Assembly (NCBI GenBank): GCA_965203485.1
Contig: OZ241892.1
Span: forward strand, 2,208,001 to 2,272,000
DNA from: Longimicrobiales bacterium
Lineage (GTDB): Bacteria; Gemmatimonadota; Gemmatimonadetes; Longimicrobiales; Gaopeijiaceae
Length of the DNA stretch: 64,000 nucleotides
Reading direction: 5' to 3'
The notes under the pieces are model-generated. The model was given only the letters and a program-made list of their open reading frames with translations, was not told the DNA's origin and did no database searches. The number at the start of each line of letters is the position of its first letter. Position 1 is the stretch's first letter. The position numbers and the translations under genes were made by a program. This document shows positions 49,251-57,510 of the stretch, in pieces.

Positions 49251-50735
49251 TCAGTCCGCCTCCTTGGGCGTCGCGGCTTCGGCGGAGGCCGATCGGCGCG
49301 CCGCCCGGGTGCCGCCATCCAGCGCGTAGGCGTCGTAGCCGGCGATCTGAAGGGCGTTGGCCAGCATGGTGGAGTGGACGCCCTGGTCGCAGAAGAGGAC
49401 GTAGGCGCGCTCCTTGTCCAAGCCGGCCGCCAAGGCCGCGAACTCGGAGGGGGCGGCGCGGCGCGATCCCGGGCGGCGCCAGCCGTCGTCCTGGTGCGGC
49501 AGGCGGCAGTCGATCCACATGGCGCCGGAGGGCGGGTCGCTCACCACAACGTAGTCGCGGCGCAGGTCGGCAGGGCGGAGCGACCGCAGGTCCATGACAG
49601 CGCGGGCGGCGACGGCATCGGCGACGGGAGCCTGCCGCACGCCGCTCTCCTCGCGATCCACGGCGGCGGCCTTGGCGGCGGTGACCGGCTTGCCCTCCAG
49701 GATCGCGCAGTATTCCTTGATGCGGGCCGACAGGGCGGCCGTGCCGATGCGGGTCGCCAGCGCGATGATCTCCTGCTTGTCGTAGCCGATCAGGGGACGC
49801 AGCACGGGCAACGCGGCCACCTGGTCGATCGCTCGCAGGTTGGCCAGCGTCTGCGACGAGACTTGGCCCAGGGACTCTCCCGTCACGATGGCGCCCGCCC
49901 CCGTTTCGCCGGCGACCTGCGCGGCGGCGCGGTACATCAAGCGCTTGAGCACGACCTGCCAGTAGCGCGGCGCCGCTCCCGCCCGAAGCGCCTCGACCGC
50001 ATCGCCGAACGGCAACACGTGTATCTTCGGGCGGGCGCCGTAGCTCCAGCGGTCCGCCAGCACCTTGGCGACGCGGATCACCGATCGCTCGAAGGCCGGC
50101 CCGGCTAGGTTGCAGAACACGTAGTCCAAGGCCACGCCGCGCTTGAGCATCAGCCACGCGGCGGCCGCCGAATCGAAGCCGCCCGACAGCAGGCAGACGG
50201 CGTTGCCCTGCACGCCCAGCGGCAGGCCGCCCGGACCCTCGGCGCGGGCCGCGAAGAAGAGCGCCTCGTCGGCACGGACCTCGACGGAAACCACTACGTC
50301 GGGGTTGGCGAGATCGACCGTCGCGTACGGGTTGAGCGCGGCGCCCAGCTGTTCGCGCACATCCTGCGACGAGAAGGCATGGCGTCCGGCGCGGCGGGCC
50401 GCCACCGCGTACCGGCGTCCGGCGACCGCGTCCTTGTACGTCTCGTGTCCGGTGCGCACGACGGCGTCCAGGTCCGCGGGCGAAGTCGCGTCCACGCGCG
50501 AAAACGATCCGACGCCGAACACGCGGGCGGCGGCCTCCATGGCGTCCGGCGGCGCCTCCACGCGAATGCGGCTCCAGTGGTCCCGCACGCGCGCCTGGGC
50601 TCCGCCGGCTTTGAGCGCGTCCGTCAGGTTCGCCACCAAGAGGCGCTGGAAGCGTCGGCGCGTGCGGTTGGACTTGCGCGTGATCTCCGGCGCGAGCCGG
50701 ACCAGGTAGCGCGCCGACTCCGGCTTCAGTTCCAC
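49251..50735 (-). CDS. thiI: tRNA 4-thiouridine synthase with C-terminal rhodanese domain
   Basis: THUMP-like region, GGLPLG, SGGFDS, TGESLGQVSSQT, C-terminal VLFCDQG. Confidence 0.92.
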   Translation of the reverse strand: MELKPESARYLVRLAPEITRKSNRTRRRFQRLLVANLTDALKAGGAQARVRDHWSRIRVEAPPDAMEAAARVFGVGSFSRVDATSPADLDAVVRTGHETYKDAVAGRRYAVAARRAGRHAFSSQDVREQLGAALNPYATVDLANPDVVVSVEVRADEALFFAARAEGPGGLPLGVQGNAVCLLSGGFDSAAAAWLMLKRGVALDYVFCNLAGPAFERSVIRVAKVLADRWSYGARPKIHVLPFGDAVEALRAGAAPRYWQVVLKRLMYRAAAQVAGETGAGAIVTGESLGQVSSQTLANLRAIDQVAALPVLRPLIGYDKQEIIALATRIGTAALSARIKEYCAILEGKPVTAAKAAAVDREESGVRQAPVADAVAARAVMDLRSLRPADLRRDYVVVSDPPSGAMWIDCRLPHQDDGWRRPGSRRAAPSEFAALAAGLDKERAYVLFCDQGVHSTMLANALQIAGYDAYALDGGTRAARRSASAEAATPKEAD

Positions 50736-51727
50736 GACAGGCCGCGCAACTGCTCCACGTCCAGGTTGCCGCCGCTGAGGACGCAGACCGTCTTGGTACC
50801 CGGCGGCGCCTCGATCCGCCCCTCCAGCAACGCGGCCACCGGCGCCGCCGCGGCCCCTTCCGCCACGAGCTTGGCGCGCGCCATGAGCCAGAGCACGGCG
50901 TCGAAGATGCGGTCGTCCGGCAGGGTCGCGATCTCGTCCACGAAGCGCGTCACGACGGAGTGCGTCCATTCCCCCACCCGCTTCACCCGCAAGCCGTCGA
51001 TCGCGCAGTCCACCCGGTCCAGCGTGACAAGCCGTCCCGCCTCCACGCTGCGCTTCATCGCCGGCGCGCCCGAGGACTCCACGCCCACGACCCGCACGTC
51101 CGGCTTGACGGCCTTAGCCGCCATGGCGACGCCCGACAGCAGTCCTCCGCCCCCGATCGGCGCTATCAGCAGCTCGGTCTCGGGGAAGTCCTCCATGATC
51201 TCCAGGCCGAGCGTCCCCTGCCCTGCTATGAGCTCCGGGTCGTCGAAGGGGTGGACGTAGGTCAGGCCGTCCGACGCCGCCAGTTCCAACGCCCGCTCGT
51301 TGGCTTCGTCCCAGATGCCGCCGTGGCGCACGACCGTCGCGCCGTATCCCTCCGTGGCGGCGATCTTGGACGGCGTCGCGTTCTCCGCCATCACCACCAC
51401 GGCCCGCACGCCGTAGTGGCGAGCCGCGAGCGCCACGCCCTGGGCGTGATTGCCCGCCGACGAGCAGACGATGCCCCTTGCTCGATCCTCGGGCGACATC
51501 CGCGCGATCTTGTGCATCGGACCGCGCACCTTGTAGGAGCCGCCGCGCTGAAAAAGCTCGGCCTTGAGCCGCACGTCCAGGCCCGTGGCCTCGCTCATGG
51601 AACGGCAAGTCAGCAACGGCGTCCGGTAGACGAGCGGCCCCACGTCGCGGTACGCGGCCTCGAAGTCCGCTCGTCCCAGCGCGAGTTCGCGCGAAGGCGC
51701 CTGCGAGGCGTCCTCGTCGGGCGTCAC
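50726..51727 (-). CDS. PLP-dependent threonine/serine dehydratase
   Basis: GSYKVRG, SAGNHAQG, GGGGL, LSGGN. Confidence 0.92.
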   Translation of the reverse strand: MTPDEDASQAPSRELALGRADFEAAYRDVGPLVYRTPLLTCRSMSEATGLDVRLKAELFQRGGSYKVRGPMHKIARMSPEDRARGIVCSSAGNHAQGVALAARHYGVRAVVVMAENATPSKIAATEGYGATVVRHGGIWDEANERALELAASDGLTYVHPFDDPELIAGQGTLGLEIMEDFPETELLIAPIGGGGLLSGVAMAAKAVKPDVRVVGVESSGAPAMKRSVEAGRLVTLDRVDCAIDGLRVKRVGEWTHSVVTRFVDEIATLPDDRIFDAVLWLMARAKLVAEGAAAAPVAALLEGRIEAPPGTKTVCVLSGGNLDVEQLRGLSWN

Positions 51728-51788
51728 CGTGCCGCGCGCCGCTGGGGCACCGGCCGCAATCGAGCGCCCGCCCCGGGGGCGGCGGCCG

Positions 51789-52805
51789 TCACGAGCTGAT
51801 TCCCGGCAACCGCAACGGCCCGCCGAGCCATCCGCGCACGGGATGAGGCCGGTACGGCGCTTCCAGCTCGGCGCAGTCGTCCCCCGAGAGCTCGACGTCC
51901 ACGGCCGCGGCCGCTTCGTCCAGTTGGTCCAGGCGCGTGAATCCCACTATGGGCGCCGCGACCGCGGGCCGGCCGAGCAACCAAGCCAGGGCCACTTGCG
52001 CGGGGGCAACGCCCAGGCGGCCGGCCACGCGCACCGTCGCACGGACCACGTCCCAGTCCGAATCCTGGTCGTACAGCTCGTCCGCCAGCGGCGCGTCCGA
52101 CTCGTCCCGGGCCGATGTCTTGTGATCGCCTCGCAGCCGCCTGCCTCCCAGCAGTCCGCGCGCCAGAGGCGACCACGGAATCACGCCGATCCCCTGGTCC
52201 GCGCAGAGCGGCAGCATTTCCCGCTCTTCCTCGCGGTACACCAAGTTGTAGTGGTTCTGCATCGACACGAACTTGGCCCAGCCGGCTCGCTCCGAGGCCG
52301 AGAGGGCCTTCATCAGCTCCCACGCGAACATGGAACTGGCGCCCAGGTACAGCACCTTGCCGTCGCGGACGAGCTGGTCGAGCGCGGACAGAGTCTCCTC
52401 GACGGGCGTGTTCGGATCGGCCCGGTGGACTTGATAGAGGTCGATCCGCTCCAGGCCCAGCCGCCGCAAGCTGGCCTCGCAGGACTGGATCACGTGCTTG
52501 CGCGACAGTCCCGAGCGGTTCGGCCCGTCGCCCATCTTCAGCCGCACCTTGGTGGCCACCACCGCCTCCTCGCGCACGGCGAATTCCCGCACGGCCTTGC
52601 CGGTGATCTCTTCGCTGGCGCCCGCCGAGTACACGTCCGCCGTGTCGAAGAAGTTGACCCCGAGCTCGACGGCGCGACGAAAGAACGGCATCGCCTCGTC
52701 CTCCTCGAGCACCCAGGGACGCCATCGCTTGCTGCCGAAGCTCATGCAGCCCAGAGCAATCCGCGAGACGACCAAGCCGCTACCGCCCAAGCGCGCGTAT
52801 TCCAT
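51789..52805 (-). CDS. Aldo/keto reductase
   Basis: FFDTADVY, IDLYQVH, WSPLARG. Confidence 0.93.
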   Translation of the reverse strand: MEYARLGGSGLVVSRIALGCMSFGSKRWRPWVLEEDEAMPFFRRAVELGVNFFDTADVYSAGASEEITGKAVREFAVREEAVVATKVRLKMGDGPNRSGLSRKHVIQSCEASLRRLGLERIDLYQVHRADPNTPVEETLSALDQLVRDGKVLYLGASSMFAWELMKALSASERAGWAKFVSMQNHYNLVYREEEREMLPLCADQGIGVIPWSPLARGLLGGRRLRGDHKTSARDESDAPLADELYDQDSDWDVVRATVRVAGRLGVAPAQVALAWLLGRPAVAAPIVGFTRLDQLDEAAAAVDVELSGDDCAELEAPYRPHPVRGWLGGPLRLPGISS

Positions 52806-52813
52806 CGAACGGC

Positions 52814-54433
52814 TCAGTCCGTCGCCGGCGGCGCGCCCCCGCCCGAGGTGCGCAGGATGAACGCGTCCAGGACTTCCTTCCATTGCGGCAACAGCGATTC
52901 CTCCACGTACATCATGTGCCCGGCGGCGAAGTCGGCGCGCTCGATGTTGTCGCGCAGGTCGGGCGGCAGGCCCATCCGGTCCATCGTCCAGACCGCGGCG
53001 AAGTAGGGCGTCGCCAAGTCGTAGATGCCGTTGATCAGGAGGACTTCGAGCCGGGGATTCCGCTTCATCGCCTCGGCCAAGTCGGGCGCCACGTTGGGGG
53101 TGCCGCCGCCGCGCACGAACGCGCCGCCTCCGCCCAGCCGGCCCCAGTTCCAGTCGCGCACGCCGCCGCTGGGGACGTATTCGCGGTCGCCGTCGTAGCC
53201 CAGCTCGGCGCGCACGTAGCTGTTGAAGGCGGACGTGTAGGCCGAGCTGATCGCCGTGGACTGGGGATCGTGCGAGGGGCGGGTCTGCAGCACGTCGCCG
53301 GCCGGTCCCGTGAAGCGCGCGTCCAGCCTGCCGACGATCTTGCCCTGGTCGCGCAACAGTTCGGCCTCGAACGCGGGGGCCGTGACGCGCAGGTCGGACT
53401 TCTCGATGAAGTCGAGGCTCAGGCCGGTGTAGTCGCGCATCCGGGCGGCCACGCGCTCGCGAGTCGCCGGGTCCAAGGTCCCGCCGGCGAGCAGGGCCGT
53501 CGCGTATTCGGTAAGCGCCCAGGTTTCGACCTCGTTCATGAAGGCCTCCAAGTCGTCCCGTCTCCCGCCGCGGAGCGCGTCCAGATAGTTGGCGGCGACC
53601 GCGTAGGCGGGCAGGTTGACGATGTACGGCAGGTCGTCGCCGGGCGCGAACTGGATCGTGTTGAACTGGAGGACGGCCGAGACGAGGACGATGCCGTTCA
53701 CGTCGACGTTGGCCCGTTGCAGGTGCCTCGCCAGGACGGCGGACCGCGTGGTCCCGTAGCTCTCGCCCAGCAAGTAGCGCGGTGAGTTCCAGCGGTCGTG
53801 CTCCGACAGAAAGCGCCGGACGAACTGCGCCAGCGAGCGGGCGTCCTCGTCGATGCCCCAGTAGTCGGCGCCCGGCGTGTCGCCCAGCGTGTGGCTGAAG
53901 CCCGTCCCGATGGGATCAACCATGACGATGTCGGCCACGTCGAGGACCGTGTAGGCGTTGTCCTCCAGCGGATAGGGCGGCGCGCCCTGGGGGCCCACCT
54001 CGGGAGTGACGACGCGGCGCGGCCCCATGATTCCCATGTGCAGCCAGAAGGAGGCCGATCCGGGCCCGCCGTTGTAGGCGAAGACGAGAGGCCGGTCCGC
54101 CGACGGGACGCCGTTCGTGCGGAAGTAGGCCGTGTAGTAGAGTTCGGCGGCCGCGGCGCCTTCGTCGTCCGTCAGCGCGATCCCGCCCACCACCGCGTCG
54201 TATTCGACGGTTTCGCCGCCCACCTCGATCGCGTGGCGGCTCTCCCAGCGTTCCAGCTCGGCCACGGGCGAGTCGGCGTCCTGCGCCTGGGCAGCAAGCG
54301 GGAGCGCACTCAGCGACGGGGCGGCCAGCGCCACCAAGAACGCCGAGACGAGGGCTCGCGGGGTCGCCGCGACCACGGCGCTCGCGGCCCAAAAAAGGAA
54401 TCGGCAAGGTACGGGGTTCGACACGAGGGCCAT
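52814..54433 (-). CDS. S10 family serine carboxypeptidase
   Basis: NGGPGS, GESYG, AGHMMY; signal peptide. Confidence 0.92.
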   Translation of the reverse strand: MALVSNPVPCRFLFWAASAVVAATPRALVSAFLVALAAPSLSALPLAAQAQDADSPVAELERWESRHAIEVGGETVEYDAVVGGIALTDDEGAAAAELYYTAYFRTNGVPSADRPLVFAYNGGPGSASFWLHMGIMGPRRVVTPEVGPQGAPPYPLEDNAYTVLDVADIVMVDPIGTGFSHTLGDTPGADYWGIDEDARSLAQFVRRFLSEHDRWNSPRYLLGESYGTTRSAVLARHLQRANVDVNGIVLVSAVLQFNTIQFAPGDDLPYIVNLPAYAVAANYLDALRGGRRDDLEAFMNEVETWALTEYATALLAGGTLDPATRERVAARMRDYTGLSLDFIEKSDLRVTAPAFEAELLRDQGKIVGRLDARFTGPAGDVLQTRPSHDPQSTAISSAYTSAFNSYVRAELGYDGDREYVPSGGVRDWNWGRLGGGGAFVRGGGTPNVAPDLAEAMKRNPRLEVLLINGIYDLATPYFAAVWTMDRMGLPPDLRDNIERADFAAGHMMYVEESLLPQWKEVLDAFILRTSGGGAPPATD

Positions 54434-54933
54434 GGCGCAGGCACCAGAAATTGGGAGAATCTGTCGGCAACGAAGAGCCGGATTCTACCACGCACGCCGG
54501 CCGCGTGGCAAGGGACTTGTGCCCGTTCCGGCGACACTGCGAGTCCGGATCAGGCGATCTTCGCCCGGGCACGGAAGGGCTGACCCCAAGAGTGGGCATC
54601 AGCGCCGCAGGCGGGCGGGCGCCGTGCCACGACCGGAGGGTCCTGGGAGATCCTTCCATCCGGCATAGCCGTGGCCTGGAATTGTGCCGGAGTTGTCGTG
54701 CGTCGCTACGTTTCCAAGGCTACGGTTGCGGCGTTGCGCGGGAAAACCCGAGTTCTGGCCACACAGGACTAGGCATCGACTATCCCGAGATGGTGGTCTA
54801 CCGGGCGACTGTGGGGCCGCGCGCTCCCCGCCGCCGCCAGCCGTAGTCTCCACTTGGCGGCGGCGCGCATCCCCGATCCGCGCGCCGCGCAACGTCGCCA
54901 AGCCCCTCGCAACCAACAAGGACAAGCAACACG

Positions 54934-56088
54934 ATGAGAATCCTTCGTCCCGTTTGCACCCCCCTTTCCTTGGCCGTCGGAATTCTGCTCGCGTCGGCCG
55001 CTGCGTGCACGCCGCCCGACGGCGGCGCGGAGAGCGGAACGCCCGAGTCGGAAGAGGAACTCGTGGCCCGCGCACGCGGCATCCACGAGCGCGTGATCAC
55101 TCTGGACACGCACGCCGACATCAACACCGACAACTTCACGGCCGACCGGAACTACACGATGGACCTGCCCACGCAGGTCACGTTGCCGAAGATGGAGGCG
55201 GGCGGCCTCGACGTCGCGTGGCTCGTCGTGTACACGGGCCAAGGCGAACTGACCGACGAAGGCTACGTTGCCGCCTACGACAACGCGGTCGACAAGTTCG
55301 ACGCCATCCACCGGCTGGCCGGGGAGATCGCGCCCGACCGGATCGAGCTCGCCTACACGTCCGACGACGTGCGCCGCATCGCCGCCACGGGCAAGCGGGT
55401 CGCGATGATCGGCGTCGAGAATGCGTATCCTGCCGGCCTCGATCTCGCCCGGTTCGAGGAGTTCCATTCGCGCGGCGCTCGCTACGTGTCGCTGGCGCAC
55501 AACGGCCACAGCCAATTTTCCGACTCGCACACCGGCGAAGCGGACGGCGAATGGCTGCACGGGGGGCTGAGCGACCTCGGGCGCCAAGCGGTGGCCGAAC
55601 TCAACCGCTTGGGCGTGCTGATCGACATCTCGCATCCGTCCAAGGCCGCCATGATGGAGATGGTCGCGCTGAGCCGCGCCCCGGTCGTCGCGTCGCACTC
55701 GTCGGCGCGCGCGCTCACCGACCACAGCCGCAATCTGGACGACGAGCAGCTGCGGGCCGTCGCCGAGAACGGGGGCGTGGTCCAGACGGTGGCGTTGGGC
55801 GCCTACGTCCGCCGCGAGAGCGAGACCGCAAGCGTGTCCGACCTGATCGACCACATCGACTACATGGTCAATCTGATCGGCATCGAGCACGTGGGCATCA
55901 GCTCGGACTTCGACGGAGGAGGAGGCATCGACGGATGGCAGGACGCGTCGGAAACGTTCAACGTGACGCTGGAGCTGATCCGGCGCGACTACTCGGAAGA
56001 AGAGATCGCCCAGATTTGGAGCGGCAACCTGCTCCGGGCGCTGGACCGCGCTCAGGAAGTGGCCGCGCAGATGCAGGCTGGAGGCTAA
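54934..56088 (+). CDS. Membrane dipeptidase (M19) lipoprotein
   Basis: DTHAD, IDISH, VASHS, SDFDG. Confidence 0.92.
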   Translation: MRILRPVCTPLSLAVGILLASAAACTPPDGGAESGTPESEEELVARARGIHERVITLDTHADINTDNFTADRNYTMDLPTQVTLPKMEAGGLDVAWLVVYTGQGELTDEGYVAAYDNAVDKFDAIHRLAGEIAPDRIELAYTSDDVRRIAATGKRVAMIGVENAYPAGLDLARFEEFHSRGARYVSLAHNGHSQFSDSHTGEADGEWLHGGLSDLGRQAVAELNRLGVLIDISHPSKAAMMEMVALSRAPVVASHSSARALTDHSRNLDDEQLRAVAENGGVVQTVALGAYVRRESETASVSDLIDHIDYMVNLIGIEHVGISSDFDGGGGIDGWQDASETFNVTLELIRRDYSEEEIAQIWSGNLLRALDRAQEVAAQMQAGG

Positions 56089-56152
56089 GCCGCCCCGGCC
56101 TGGAACGCGAACGAGCAACGAGCGCAAACGCACGGTCGGCGCGCACGGCGAT

Positions 56153-56181
56153 TTGCGCCAACGCCGGTCATGCACTACCAT
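56153..56181 (+). promoter_or_regulatory. Sigma70-type promoter
   Basis: TTGCGC-N17-TACCAT, with AAGGAG RBS downstream. Confidence 0.45.
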
Positions 56182-56234
56182 TTACGGTACCTTGCCGATG
56201 CTCTCTTGGCCCCTGAACTTAAGGAGAAGACAGC

Positions 56235-56699
56235 ATGAACGACGCACGTATCTCCATGCCGAATGCGTTGCGGTTCTTGATCGCGGCTCTCGCCGTCGCC
56301 GCCACCGGGAGTTGCGCCGAAAGCACCGCCCCCTCCGAGGCGGAGGATCTTGAGCAACCCGGCCGCGACGTGCTGATGGCCCAAGCTCTCGTGGCCTTGG
56401 CCAAAGAAGGACCCATCCACATCACCTTCGTGACGGACGACGACATCATCGTCCGGTCCGTCGATTCCGGCGACAAGCCGGAGGCGCTCGCCATGTGCGA
56501 GGAGCCGCAACCGGTGTGCTCGGTGTCTCAAGATGCGGGCATCTTCGCAATGAGGGGGTTCCTGCGGTGCGTTCGAGATGCCCGCGCCAACAACGTCTGC
56601 GGCGACGGCGGAGACGACTTTCATCTGGAGTTCGACGACGACGCGGGAGACAACGGCGAGGTCCATCTGCACTGCCGGGGCGAGTGCGACAGGGGCTAA
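56235..56699 (+). CDS. Small Cys-rich acidic lipoprotein, unknown function
   Basis: AAGGAG RBS; lipobox-like TGSC; six further Cys. Confidence 0.65.
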   Translation: MNDARISMPNALRFLIAALAVAATGSCAESTAPSEAEDLEQPGRDVLMAQALVALAKEGPIHITFVTDDDIIVRSVDSGDKPEALAMCEEPQPVCSVSQDAGIFAMRGFLRCVRDARANNVCGDGGDDFHLEFDDDAGDNGEVHLHCRGECDRG

Positions 56700-56748
56700 C
56701 GGAGTCGGCGGCGTGGAACGGGCGGCAGGAGGGGTCGCCTCAGTCCGG

Positions 56749-57510
56749 TTAGTCCGGCAACCTTAGCGAGACGTGCAGGTGGTCGGCCGTGCCGACATGA
56801 CGCAACGCGTGGAATCCCATCGCCCAGAACGCGAGTTCCACCGTTCGGTTCCAGAACTCGGAGCGTCCCCTGGTCCTCAGGTCGATGGCATGGACGAATC
56901 CGGTCTCCTGGCGGAAGTGCAAGGACGCCTCGCGCGGAGTCAGGCCCATGAGGCGGTAGTCGTCCTGTGTCCTCCCGGCGTCGGTGACGACCGCCGCGCC
57001 ATCCACCAGGACCAGGGTGCTCGCCGCGAGCCGAAGCAAAGGATGCACGGTCGCGTACTCGGCGCGCACCTCCTCCGACTTGAAGTTGGCCGCGGCCACG
57101 TAGACCAGGGCATACACTACGTAGGCGACCGCCAGCGCGACGCCCAGTTGCCGGAGCAACCTGCGGACGTACTTGGGCGCGCGAGTGCGCCAGCCCAGCA
57201 CGCATGCGTAGAGGACCAGGACGAGGACCGTCGCCGCCGCCGAGAGCCCCAGCGCCGGCCATGTTCCCAACTCCCATTCACGGTATGCGAACACGCCGCC
57301 GCGGATGAGGCAATAGAACGGCAGAACCGCAAGCGCGGCCGCGAGGAGCGCCGCGCCCACCAAGCGGAACGGCAAGCTCCACAAGGGACGCCGTTGCCGG
57401 GCCTCGCGAGGGGCGGCGGGTTGCGGCACGGCCTGCGCCGCGCCCGCAACGCCCACGTAGTCGATCCGGGACGGGTCGCTCTCGGCCCGCGGTCCCCGAC
57501 CTAGTCCCAT
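56749..57510 (-). CDS. Membrane protein with C-terminal M15/LAS-like zinc motif
   Basis: Three hydrophobic segments, then SLH...HAIDLR...DHLHVS; ATG 57510 overlaps the receptor end. Confidence 0.6.
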   Translation of the reverse strand: MGLGRGPRAESDPSRIDYVGVAGAAQAVPQPAAPREARQRRPLWSLPFRLVGAALLAAALAVLPFYCLIRGGVFAYREWELGTWPALGLSAAATVLVLVLYACVLGWRTRAPKYVRRLLRQLGVALAVAYVVYALVYVAAANFKSEEVRAEYATVHPLLRLAASTLVLVDGAAVVTDAGRTQDDYRLMGLTPREASLHFRQETGFVHAIDLRTRGRSEFWNRTVELAFWAMGFHALRHVGTADHLHVSLRLPD

